A stretch of 64,000 nt of DNA from the human T2T-CHM13v2.0 reference genome, Homo sapiens. Numbering within the stretch: the stretch's first letter is position 1; the number at the start of each line of letters is the position of its first letter. Location: NCBI RefSeq assembly GCF_009914755.1, contig NC_060932.1. One strand, given 5' to 3'. Positions 14,861-29,475 of the stretch are shown piece by piece. Both the position numbers and the translations under genes were made by a program. Below the pieces are notes generated by a model, which worked only from the letters and a program-made list of their open reading frames with translations, was not told where the DNA came from and did no database searches.

Positions 14861-15134
14861 AGTACCAATTTTTGGAGGGGGAGCGGATAGCATTCCCAAA
14901 GTGGGACTGCCTGGCCAGAGTATGTAACTGGACTTGTTTTCATGACCCCCAGGCAGGGCCGCAGGAAGCATCAAGTGTTTTTGAAATGGCTTCTGGACCC
15001 ATAGCTCTCCCGGGTTGGTTGGCTTCCCTTTAACCAGAACACTCCCAGCAGAGGCTATGGGTCTGTGTCTCCTTCAGGTAAAATGAGATTAACTTGAGTA
15101 CCAAGGGAAACAGTGAAGTGTAAAAGTCAAGAGC

Positions 15135-15260
15135 TACCGTTTATCGCAGGCCAATTAGGTCCGTTTTGTGTGATCTTCAAAATAAGTCTCAGAAGCAGAT
15201 ATTATTTTACCCACTTCACAGATGAGGAGCTTGAAGCTCATCAGGAATAAAGATTTTACT
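15135..15260 (-). mobile_element. MIR fragment
   Basis: attattttacccacttcacagatgaggagcttgaagctca MIR core. Confidence 0.65.
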
Positions 15261-16259
15261 CTATGCCATACAACTGGAAAGTAGGAAAGTGGGGTTAAAG
15301 CTCACTTTCACATGGCTCCCAAGCAAATTCTGCATCCATTCTGGCAGCTTGAAGCATAGCCTAGCTTCATGGTACTGGGTACCTTGCAGAGGAGGCATGG
15401 GTAGAACAGAGTCCACACCAGATGTCTGACTGTGACATAAGCCACAGCCCCTTCTCGTCTGCAACTCTCCGTGACTGGGGGTGGCATGGGAGCTCTGATG
15501 AGGCACACTCCAATGCCGGTGTCCCACCCCTCCCCAAGGCCAGCCGTGGCACACTGCAGGCTGCTTACTGATCAGGTTGAAGCCTGGTCGCTTGATAAAG
15601 GGTATTTTGTTGTTTTCTTCTTCATTATTTGGCACGTCAATGTAAATTATTTTAATAGGACTCAACAGTTTCAGTCTTTGAAACATTATATGAGGGGAGG
15701 CTACTTGATGTGTGAATTCAAGATAATAAGATGAATTGTAAGGAGACAAGCATTTTTGTTAAGTATCAGAGCACACTTATAATATTTGGTTAAAAAAAAA
15801 AACTTACACGTGTCTATAAGAGATATGGGCTGACAGATTTTGTGTGGTAGTGTGGGTTTTTCCACCTCCACGCTGGTGAGCGAGTGGATCATGTGAGGCT
15901 TTTGGAATAATAAGTACCACCAGGACAGAAGAGAGAACTGTTTGCAGAGTTACAGATAGCAACATGTTTCAGGAGCTCTTCATTTCCTGTGAAGTTGAGA
16001 GAGTGTGTGGGGGGGGTGAGGGGTGCGCGTGCACGTGCGCCTGTGTGTGTAATTTCCCAATGAAGTAGAACAGAAGTGTGTAAAGAACATTTTTTTTTAC
16101 AAAGTTACTAAATTATACTACTTGATAATTTTATGTCCCCAATCTTGAGTCAAGAGTTGATTAGGAGGATTTTTTCTTTATATATTATTATATTATTTTT
16201 ATATAATTTATATACATATATTATTTTTAATGCCCTGTCTTTAACAAAAGACATTTTTA

Positions 16260-16619
<360 letters not shown>

Positions 16620-16745
16620 TTATATAATTATATAAATTTAAGCAGAGATTCAAAGGAATAGTGCAAAGGGCTTAATTTCAGATGTGTGTTTTAATTTCCT
16701 TCTTTCAGTTTCTCCAACTAGCTACAATCTGAAAAATATCTTGCT

Positions 16746-17060
16746 GGCTGGGTGCAGTGGCTCATGCCTGTAATCCCAGCACTTTTGGAGGCCGAGGAGA
16801 GCAGATTGCTTGAGGTCAGGAGTTTGAGTCCATCCTGAGCAACATGGCAAAACCCCATCTCTACTAAAAATACAAAAATTAGCCCTGCATGGTGGTGCAC
16901 GCCTGTAATCCCAGCTACTGGGAGCCCGAAACACGAGAATCACTTAAACCTAGGAGGCGGAGGTTGTGGTGAGCCAAGATTGCACCAGTGCACTTCAGCT
17001 TGGACAACAGAGCAAGACTCCGTCTCAAAAAAAAAAAAAAAAAAAGAGAGAAAAGAAAAA
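16746..17060 (+). mobile_element. AluS; TSD gaaaaatatctt
   Basis: Full Alu; TSD at 16731 and 17061. Confidence 0.95.
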
Positions 17061-17884
17061 GAAAAATATCTTCCTGAAATTCAGTGAACTTGCTTTGGAA
17101 ATGTTTCGTAAGTTCCCACATCTATACGGTATTCATAGGCTATTCTTAGCGGAGATCAATCTCTGGAGTCAGAATGCCTGATCAGTTTCCCTTCCTGGCT
17201 GTCCCACCACGGTGGTTGAAGGGCTGCTCCAGGACACACCAGAAGTATTACTGAAATACTGCTTTATGGTGTGCATTTTACTGTTCTGCAATATCTTATG
17301 TCATAGAAGAGGGTTTAAGTATGAAATTCACATGGCCACAGTTTTATATAGTTGTGGAAACCCAAGGAAGTATTTTTCTTTGTATTCTAAGCCATGTTCT
17401 CTTGTGCTGCCACAAACCCTTGGCCCAGCACAGGTGCTGTCTCTGTCCTCTGAAGAGCCACAGTGCAGGGCTGTCCTGTCTGGTGCTCAAGACCCGCTCC
17501 TGTGGCTTAGCAGGACCGATGGGCACACCGGGGGTTACATGGAATTAGTATTCCGCTAGCTTGACTTAGGAAAAGGAAGCGCAACCACTCCAAAAGTAGA
17601 GTGCTGAAGCCACTGGGCTCGCTCCCAACCCTGTGCTGCTCCTGGGCTCTGTGTCAGCTTTCCAGTGAAGATAGCAGCACTACTCTTTTATTGCAGAAGT
17701 CCCCAGTTTTTCATTTCCTGGAAGCTTTGAGATTAGTTTTGAATGGGGGCTTTGAGGACAGAAGAAAGATAATGTTCGTAGGAAAATCATTAAGCAGAGT
17801 TCAAGAAAGTATAGCAATGGATGTATTTCAGGTCAGGTTTAGTGGTCTCCTGATTAGTGGCCCCTGTCTTAAGTTAATGACACT

Positions 17885-18760
<876 letters not shown>

Positions 18761-20013
18761 TCACTGCTATTCTAATCTTGTTAGAGTCTTAAGGTTTCCA
18801 TGGCTCCTACCAGTTTGTTCATGATCTCTTGGGCTATTTGTTGCTGTCTGCCTAGCAGAACAAATCTTGTTGGAGGAAATCCATTTCAGTATGAAGGCAA
18901 AAGTTTAATTCACTCAAGTATTGTTTTTTTGTGTGTATAAGGGTGACATAAAAGTAGATAAGCTATCTTCTGGAAGGCATTATTTTTACTCCTTAATTAT
19001 ATACCTAAACTGTGTCACCAACTAGCCTAGAGTTTAATATTAAATGAATGAAATGAACAAGTGAATTTAGGTTAAAGAAATGTATCAGAAGCCATGGGTT
19101 TCTTACAGAAGAAATCAGGGCTCATGAAAAATTCTCATACTGAAGCGTTGAGGGACACTTGTGATATGTGACAGGTGCCGGCATTGCTGAAATGCCATGT
19201 GTCCTTACTGTGCAGTACTGGCCGGTGGGATTGAAGAGTCCTGCCGGCCCTGCTAGCTAGTATGCCAGATCCATGGCCTCGTGCCATGCCAGCGTTATGC
19301 GCCTCCCAGGCACCAGTCTGTCATCTAGGCACTGGGATTCCACAGAGAACAGACACATAGAGCCTGCCCTCAGGAGGTTCACATTCTCGTGAGGACACAA
19401 AACAGGCAGCACTAACTAAGCCAGAGGATCTCGGTGGTGACCAGCCCCGGAACACAGGGTGAGGTGGGGCAGAGGCGCCTCAGAGTGGCATCAGGGGTGA
19501 CCTCTGTGCCTCTTCTCACCTATGTCCTTGTACAGAACCCAACAGTGATTCTTACAGGAATTGCCTCTTCAAGACTGCTCGGCCTTTGCTGTTCTCTTTG
19601 GCACTGATGTGACATTCATGCAGTGGGAGCCACAGCAGCGCTAAGAGCCCTTCTCAGAGGTGGTCCTCCAGGGTGGGAGTGTGGGAGCATGGCCCTAGCC
19701 CCAGGAGCCACATGAAGAGCTCCTTTCCGGTCCAGAGAGACTTCCTCAGTCTCCACAGGTCTTTCTCAACACTGCAGGTTGGCCTGCTCCTAAAACTACT
19801 ATTTTTATGTCGAGTGTGGAGCCACAGGAAAGAATGGAGTTATAGGAAGTGTTACATTATTTATAAATAACCCACATGCATTGACCTAATTTTACAATGA
19901 ATGGGAATTTACCTTTGTAACTCAAAATAGGATTCCTATCTAAGTTTATTGGACACTATTAATAATGATTCAGCAACAAATAGGAAATTGTTTCTTAGAC
20001 TGCACTGAAATTA

Positions 20014-20490
<477 letters not shown>

Positions 20491-20549
20491 TATATATATT
20501 TGGGGTGTGTGTATGTGTGTAATATAAAAAATGAGGGCCCAAAGAGGTT

Positions 20550-20985
20550 TTTTTAAAAAAAAATATGAGTTAATCAGTATTCACCTTATTAGAAATTAAA
20601 ACTGAAAAAGATTTAACACATTAATTTACCTAAAAGCATCTATAATCAACCTATTAGATGACAACCTAAATAACATTTTTTATGAAAAATATTTCCTAAA
20701 ACACAAAAACATATTTAGCAATGAGAGTCACATTGCCCTGTGTTTTGCAGGTCTCTTCACTGGTTGAACAGGAGATGATGGATTATCATCTGTGCTCTGC
20801 CTTCAGTCTGTTGTAATATCACACATCATGGGCCTCTAGAAAACACCACTGTACACTCATGAGAGAATGGAAGTGAGAAAGAAAAATAAAGACTTGGCAG
20901 AAAACAGTTTTGGCCTTGTAGGCTGCCTGAAAGGCTCTCGGAACCTCCAGCGACCCCCAGACCCCACTTTAAGAATGACTAGTCT
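20550..20985. mobile_element. hAT DNA transposon fossil (Charlie1-like)
   Basis: Terminal ...gacccccagaccccactttaagaatgactag and internal ctgccttcagtctgttgtaatatcac resemble Charlie1. Confidence 0.65.
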
Positions 20986-22962
20986 AAAGTATTCCACTAT
21001 CCAAATGAACTCTCTTGGAGAGGTATGAGTCCTACAGCAGTAACAGGTACAGAGAAATTAGCAGCAACATGACAAATTTTAAGAACATTTTATACCCAGA
21101 ATACATGCTTGGTTAAAAAAAAAATGATTCCAAGCTCTCTGAGGGTGAGTCCATCATGGGCCAGGTGCTTCCTTGTTATCTTCCCGTTTTCTGTTGTCCA
21201 CAGCACCATTGTGGCTTAAATCTCCTAGAGCAAATTCCACTCTATCCACACCCAAAAGAAAGTGGTTCAGGCAGTTTTAAATTGTCCTGTGAAGATTTGA
21301 GAGTTAGTTGGATGAGACAGTATCAGATGGAAAAAATAAGCCCTGAAATAACTAAGAGAATAGGCAAGCAAGCTGGTAATATCAGCTAATGTTCCGGTGT
21401 GCAAAGAAGACTTTCCATGTTTACTTTCTTCCAGTGGACTGGAGAGTGGAAATCTTGGTTGCCCTTACTTTGAATGGTTGGTTTTCCAAATGACATTTGT
21501 CATCTACCAATCAAGATAAATAACACCAGCTATAATGAGGCCAGAGGAGGTAGATCATTTGCTACACCAAAATATCCATAAAATGTGTGTAAAAATATGT
21601 AAATTTAGCATTGTTTCAATGGCAGTGAGGTGGGAACCCTGCTTCCTTCATCTATTGTATATTTCTGAGACTCCTCTTGGGCGTGGTGCCACTCCCACTC
21701 TCTTCTTGGTCCGCAGCTGATTTCTATTGCCCCAGGACTTGCCCCATCCTCACTTCTGAGCTCATGAGTGATGCTGGGGCTGCCTTTTTAGGAATTCAGG
21801 AAATGGAGGCACCCAGTTAAAGTTATCTGCACCTTACTCATTTCCATGCACCTTTCTTGTCGCACGATGGGAAACCTCAGCTCTAGTTTGTTTACTAAGG
21901 AGAAACATCTGTCCTTTGACATCACTTCCGACTCTTGAACTGAATTTGTAATTTTTTTCTGAAGATGGTCTCAAGTTGGTTCTCTTCCTTTGTGATTTGT
22001 TTTCTACTTAGATTTTGACAGCTTCCAAAATATGTTACCAACAACAAAATTCAGACAAGAAAATTGGTTTTTTTTCATTCTAAGAAGTTAACTTTGCTCC
22101 GTATAAATATCTCCATTTGTTTATTCCTAACCCTTTATAATGTTTAGAGTATTTTTTTCTCTCTCAAGGATCTGGTAATTACTAAAACAGCAAATTTGGA
22201 AATGTTTTTAAAATTAAAGTTAATGGCTCTGTCTTTGTAAATTTTTCTTTACAAATAGATTGGAAATGTTCAGGTGCAATTCTGCTTTGCACCAGAGAGC
22301 ACTTTGTAACACAAAAAGTCTTCAGTCAGCCAAGCTCACCTGTCAGCCTGCAGAAGGCACTTATCACAGATGGCTGGTTGTTTCTAGCGCCCCATGCTGC
22401 CACACTCTCATAGAAAGGTGTCTGCTTCAGCACCCACACCTAGCACTGGAGACTTTGGAACTGTCTTTCCTCCTCAAACAGAGGCACATGTCAGCGAGGG
22501 ATAGCAGCAGCACTAGGAATTAGAGAATCACAGAATCCTACAAGGGAGGAAGATGAAGCTGAGAGAGATTCAGAATTTCTGCCGTGGAAGGTGGACAGTG
22601 TCCTTTCTATCCCCAAGTCTGCAGCCAGCTTTCCTCTGAGCAAATGCACATCACCTGCAGCATCATGGGGTTGGAGTGTGCAGGCTCAGCCCTGGAGGAC
22701 GTGAGTTGGCAGGACTCCTTCCGCGTGGCCCTCATCTCCAGTACAGCCCAGTCTCAGTCTCTCCATGGGGCCCTCATGAGATGTAAGTGATGTGGTGCCC
22801 CCATCCTTACTCTATCTCTCTTGAGGGGTGTCTCCAAGGGCTTTTTTATAAGTGAGAACATGTTCTCAGAAAGTGCCTCTTACATTTCATTGACTCGTGA
22901 CATGTCGGGGTGGCCTTCCTTTAAAGAGTGTGGAAGACTTGAAAACAGCCGTAGGGTTGGCC

Positions 22963-23045
22963 TCAGTGAGCCATGATTGCTCCACTCCAGCCTGGATGAC
23001 AGAGCGAGAGACCCTGTTAAAAAAAAAAAAGAAAGAAAAAAGATA
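22963..23045 (+). mobile_element. Alu 3' terminal fragment with A tail
   Basis: cagtgagccatgattgctccactccagcctggatgacagagcgag followed by poly(A). Confidence 0.85.
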
Positions 23046-25251
23046 AAAACAACACTTATATTTATTTTTATGGTAAATATAATTTTCATTGTGGTAAAAT
23101 AACATACTATAAAATTTACAATTTTAACCATTTTAAGTATAACTTGGTAGATACAATTTTAACATGTGTATAGATCTTGATATCTTTCCACTTAAAAAAT
23201 ACACTGGTTACTATAATAAAAACATAGCACTGAAAGTCTTTCAGCTTCCTGAGCGTGACTTTAGGAAAGCGCGTGTGGGCTCCTGCCAGGCCTCCTGCCT
23301 CCCTCCTCCCGCCTCCAGGAGCAGCTGCGTGTTCTGCAGCCTGTGCTGCAGGTGGGTCTGCCACAGCCCCCAAGTGAGTGCGCAGAGGAGGCTCCCAGGC
23401 TGTCCCTGTTCCCTGCCTATGCCATGTACCATGCTGTCTCCTTTCTTCTCCGCGTGTCCTGCACCACCCCCCAGCCTTCTTCTTGCCGCTCTTCAAATAC
23501 AGCTGATTTTTAGAGGTCAGATGAACTGTGACTGAGTGTGATGGGAAACGTGGCTCTCCCTTCACTGATGGGTAGCTGACTTGACCTCCCCCCATGCTCT
23601 CTGGCAGTCTTGTGGGAGCTGCTGGGTGAGCTGCTGACTGCTGCAGAGCCTGCCAGACTAGGGACCTGGTGAGTAGGACAGCTGGCCCTGCTTCTCTCCT
23701 TGTCTGCTCCACAAACTTGTTGTCACAGATTAATGACCTGAATTTGTCTGCAGGCTCATTTTATGCAATCTATAAATTAAGGTATACCCCATGAAATTTA
23801 TTCCAACATAATTAAGTTATCAAATCATAAGCATAATGAATTAATCTGTATGTCCCTTTTTTCTCTAATTAAACTTTATATTTTAAACTTTTTAAATAAA
23901 AATGTTTATTAATCTTTGAAAAGACAGACTAATGGTGGCCACTCCCCTGTCAGACTGTTTGTTGCTTAAACATATTTTTAAAGGATCACTTTTTTAAAAG
24001 AATGTTTCCTGTGTAACAAAATGAATAGTAAAGAATGAATTGCAGTGAGAGGAACAATACACTTTTTAACTGTGCCAAAAGTGAGCTTCTACACCAAGTC
24101 TATGCCCAGCAGAGGCGGGAGTCATTTAAATGAATGTGTCAGCTGCCCCCAGACGACTCTGCTTCACAAGGCAACAGTGGCCATCCAAACCATTATCTAT
24201 TTTTAAAAATAGTTTTTAAAAACAGTGGAGAAGCTGATTTTTTATGAGACTAAGCATTTTATTTAACTCATAGCCATTCTTCAGCTAAGCATTGTGCATT
24301 AAATAAATGTATAATATGTCTAAACTTTTTTAATTAGCTGGTAGCATCCTCTAAATAAAAGTCATTAAATTCAAATAGAACTTTCCTATGGCTGTGTGCT
24401 TCTAGAACAGCATTTGTCAGAATTCCAAGGGAACGCTAGTTTCTCAGGACATTATTAGTAATGACACCAAAAAGGGTTTCATGGTTATAAATGGGAGAAG
24501 CTTTAGTTTAAAATAAAACAATATGTCACAGGTGCCTTTTACACGGGGCTCTCTAGGCCCTCTGCCATGTCCAGTCCCACTGTAGCATGTGAGGGTCCTG
24601 CCAGCCGCAGATGTGCCACACAGCAACAATGGCCGAACAGGGAGTTCTGTTCTCATGGGTTACACTTCGCAGAACACTTTTTGGGAAACTCCAAATTTTT
24701 AGGGAAATTGATAAGCACTCTGTCACTGTCTGGAAAGGGTTGTTTATTTTTCTATACTGTATAAAGAAATTTTTTTTACACTCATCTTTTATCATGCTCT
24801 TAATTTTACTCTGTTTCTTCACAAAGTAACACTAGGATTAAAATCCTGTCTTCAACTGGGCAGATTTTTTAGCAAAAAACAGCATAAAAGTTTATGGCTT
24901 TAGCAATGACAATACTGATAACTATAGTAACATCAAGTGGCTAATGTGTTGGACACTCACTCTGAGCGTAGAAACCTTAGTAGGTGCTGCACATACGTTC
25001 TTTACTTCCTTTACTCCTTGCAATAATGCCAGCAGCATCCCCCAGTTTCCCAGAAGGGCTGACACAAGGTCCAAGCATTTTCTCAAGGTCTCACAGTGTA
25101 TAAAAGGCAGAGCTTAAGCAAGATGAGTTTCTTGACTCCAGGGGCCCTGCTGTTCCCCATCTCTGTTAACAAGGGGCTCAGGTAAAGGTTAGAGCCAGGT
25201 CTCGGAAGTGCAGTCAGATCTAAGGTGAGAACCATACAACTGAAATCATAA

Positions 25252-25593
<342 letters not shown>

Positions 25594-26137
25594 TAACTTT
25601 TCTTACATAAGTAATACATATCTGTTTGGGGAAAATATACAAAATACCCAATCCACAGGAAGAAAGTAAATATCACCTCCAAACTCTACTCAGATAACCA
25701 CTAAAAACATTCTTATAGGCTTCAGTCTTTTCCTTTGGCTTAATATATATAGATGCATGCATAGATACACATACATACACACACACACAGAGAGTGAGAG
25801 AGAGTTAATTTGTTGCCTGCTTTTTTCTTAGCAGGGTATCACAAACATGTTTCCATGTCCATAAGTATTTTCTTTGTAACCATTTCAGTGACCGTATACT
25901 ATTTCACTGTGTGGATGGATCCTAATTTAGTGAGCAAGTTCCTGTTGTGCAGTTGGTTTCCCACAGTGTCTGTCCATCTGTCTGTGTGCCTTCTTCCCCC
26001 TCTGAATCGCCACACATCTCGAATTGTAGTTCCATGGCCTTAGGCATTAGAGTCTGTTAAGCATTCTACCAGCTCACTGGCCAAGTACTCAGTAAGGGAT
26101 GTCTGATGATGAATACCTTTGACTTTTCTTGTTCCAG

Positions 26138-26225
26138 GACAGCGGGGATTTTCAGTTTGATTGACACCCTGTGGCCCCCAGCGATACCTCTGAAAACACC
26201 TGGCCGCGACCAGCCCTGTGAAGAG
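26138..26225 (+). CDS. SPIDR: SPIDR coding exon (probably exon 12), 88 nt, TAGIFSLIDTLWPPAIPLKTPGRDQPCEE
   Basis: Acceptor ttttcttgttccag ends 26137; donor GAG|gtaagc at 26226; phase 2 in, phase 0 out; joins next exon in frame; peptide recognised as SPIDR. Exon numbers are from memory of a 20-exon model. Confidence 0.93.
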
Positions 26226-26889
26226 GTAAGCCCGGCACTGGAAAAACTTCCCCAGTCACAGACTACTCCATGCCAGGTGCCAAGCCAGGCGTCATCACTG
26301 TCACTCACATGGTCTGTGTCCCCTGCTCCAGTGGCAACAAGGAGCCCCCATGCAGTCAGTTCCTTTGTAGTGATGCATGAATATGAGCCAGGATTGGGAT
26401 TCAGGTGCCTGGAGACCAAGCTCTGGCTGCCTTCCCTACTGTGCTGCACAGCATTTTCTTGAAGTTAACTTATGATGAATGCTTAAACCACAACCCTCAC
26501 ATACTGTTGGAACAGTTGGGGTCTCAGCCTTGTACTAAAGTAAACATATAGAATTTTTCCCACGAACTTCTAGTCATTCATAGAACCAACACTCAGTTAC
26601 CAATTGGAGCAGGAACTCAATACAATCCATAGACATTCGTACAACGTCCTGGGTAGCCAGGAACTTCCATTGTCCTGCTTGTTTATGAGAGTGTCTCAGA
26701 AGCAGCAAAATGGATGGAAAGTGTTCCCTCCTCTCCCTCCTGAGCCTTTTCCAGCAGGCTAGCCAGCTGCTGCTTTGGGCCAGAGGTCCCAAAACAAAAC
26801 TGGGGCTGTCTTCCTTAGGTTGTGGCTGACTTCTTAGTAGTGCTAAGTCTGTGACCCTGAACTGTGCTAAACAGCATAGTAGTTGTCAA

Positions 26890-27182
<293 letters not shown>

Positions 27183-27455
27183 TTACTTAAGAGGAAGTAA
27201 TTTCTAGATGATATTTTCAGTATACCCCGAAAGATTTCTAAAATGAAACCTTGAATTAATAGGTTCATAAGTATGGAAGTTCTTATAGTTGGTCCCAGAA
27301 GTAAACAATGCAATCCATTCCTTGTATAGCATTCCAGAGAGAGGATGCACCTGTAAGCAAATATGTATATATTAAAGAGGAGATTTTAATAATATCTCCT
27401 CTTTTTGAGTCTTTTAACAATACATTCACCTTCTACCTTTGTCTCATTTAAACAG

Positions 27456-27599
27456 ATAAAAACTCATCTGCCTCCTCCAGCCTTGTGTTACATCCTCACA
27501 GCTCATCCAAATCTGGGACAAATTGATATAATTGACGAAGACCCCATTTATAAGCTTTACCAGCCTCCAGTTACCCGCTGCTTAAGAGACATTCTCCAG
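27456..27599 (+). CDS. SPIDR: SPIDR coding exon (probably 13), 144 nt, IKTHLPPPALCYILTAHPNLGQIDIIDEDPIYKLYQPPVTRCLRDILQ
   Basis: Acceptor tttaaacag ends 27455; donor CAG|gtaatg at 27600; phase 0/0; lies in ORF 27405..27698. Confidence 0.95.
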
Positions 27600-27690
27600 G
27601 TAATGTCTTTGTTTCTAACAGGTTTTTTAGGTATTGGCCACGTCTGTGTGCTTCGTGTAATGCTGCCAACCTTTTCTAATTCCTTTCCAG

Positions 27691-27750
27691 ATGAATGATC
27701 TTGGTACCCGTTGCAGTTTCTATGCCACGGTGATTTACCAAAAACCACAG
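27691..27750 (+). CDS. SPIDR: SPIDR coding exon (probably 14), 60 nt, MNDLGTRCSFYATVIYQKPQ
   Basis: Branch-like ttctaat and acceptor tcctttccag ending 27690; donor CAG|gtaata at 27751; phase 0/0; follows a 91-nt intron. Confidence 0.93.
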
Positions 27751-27756
27751 GTAATA

Positions 27757-27783
27757 ATCTCTCTCAATCTCTCAATCTCTCAG

Positions 27784-27851
<68 letters not shown>
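27757..27851. repeat. Compound (CT)n(CA)n microsatellite
   Basis: (CT)~16 then (CA)~15, starting just after the donor at 27751. Confidence 0.97.
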
Positions 27852-27853
<2 letters not shown>

Positions 27854-29151
27854 TGTTAGAGGTTTATTAAAGGGTAATCTCCTTTGGAAATTAATGCATT
27901 GCCAAAACAGAGAAGTGTTTTTAAAGTCCAGTTAAGCATGCCCCATATACTGAAGTGGCAGTAAATCCATTCCTTTTACAGATGCAGACTACCAGCCACT
28001 GTGCTAAGCACTGGGGTGTAAGACACCCAGGTACAACCCTGTCCCCAAAGCTTCTCAGCCCAGTAATGTTCATTCTTTCCCGACACTTAGGCAGGTTGAA
28101 GAAAGGAAAGAGATGGAGAAACCTCATTTATGTGGTAGAAGTGGGAATCTCAGGATCGAGCTCAGCTACTTCTGGGAACTTTTAGAGCCTTCAAAACTGA
28201 AAGCCCCCCCATCCCACCTCCATGGTCCCTGTGAGGCCTTGGGCTGTTCTAGGGAGCAGTGGCCTAGAGGAGCTTGCTATCAATCAACTAGGAGTAGAGG
28301 AGGGAAGGAGACCTGCTTGCCAGTTTGAATGCATGGACTACATTCTGCTAGAAACCTCTGCCAGCCCTTACCTTATGGAGGAATATCCATGTAGATCTAA
28401 TCACCCAAGAGGGATTGAGAACATCCTGTTTGTTAAACTCTTGTCCACTCATGGGCAATGTGCACCGGGTGCATCTGCCATGGTGCAGGAGAGAGTGAGT
28501 GCCCCACACATTGCCTCCTTGAGGGTGTGTATGAGTGGAGCAAACCAGGCCCCAGATGCCTGCACTCACCTGGGCTGTCGGTGGATCACCAGCTACCAGC
28601 CAGGCCAGAATACTCAGGAATTGCCCAGCAAGCAGTCTCAAGGGAGGGCAGGAGGCTGGCACCTTGGCCAGCAACCTCGGCCAGGTGCCCCAGTGCACCA
28701 CGAGTCGGGGGACAGTGGTGGGGGTGGCACCAGGGGCTGTCTTCTAATCATACTATGCCTGGTTATCAAGATCTGACACTCACACCCCTCACTTTTCTTT
28801 TTGTTGCTGAAGTATGCTAAAGCACACCCAGACCTCATGCCATTTCACCCCGACACGCTTGTTAGGAATCTCTTCAAAGCATTCATGGTTGCATACAACC
28901 CAATTCAGCTGCCTGGTTTTGGAGCCTTTCTCTTCCGCTTAAGTTATCCAGAGTTATTTTCTGTTGTGCATTTATTTTGAACAAATTCTTTGCATTTCTC
29001 TGATCATTCTTCGACAGTGGAAGAATAAGAGAGTGACTAAAAGAATATGTTTCATAACTTCTAGTCAAGTTCTTGATGAATTGCATATATACGAGTATCA
29101 TTAAATCAGTGTTATCACAAGCATGTTAAATCAACTTCTCTTCCATCTGCA

Positions 29152-29475
29152 TCAGGGGTAGTGGGCAGACTGTTTCTGTAAAGAGCCAGATAGTCAATAT
29201 TTTAGGCTTCTTGGGTTGTATGGTTTTCATAGCAACTACTCAGCTCCACCTTGCAGTGCAAAAGCAGCCATGTTGTCATTCACAAATGAATGAGCAGGGC
29301 TGTGTTTCAGAAACCTTTATTTACAGACACCAAAATTTGAATTTAACTTAATTTTTACTTGTCACAAAATATTCTTACGGTTTTTTAACCATTTAAAAAT
29401 GTAAGAACCTTGAATAAACATAAAAACCATACTTAGCTTACAGGCCTAGCCCACAGGCCATGGTTTGCTGACGTT
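29152..29475. mobile_element. MER58-type hAT MITE (MER58B-like)
   Basis: cagggg...ctgtaaagagccagatagtcaatattttaggctt...gcaactactcagctc...ggcc...ggtttgctgac. Confidence 0.8.

Noticed and set aside
23116-23712. 198-aa minus-strand ORF
   Set aside because: Chance ORF across a GC-rich patch and an L1-like AT-rich end; no recognisable protein features.
28222-28820. 184-aa and overlapping ORFs after the exon cluster
   Set aside because: Not needed for the SPIDR frame, which joins 27750 to 38379 cleanly; no domain resemblance.
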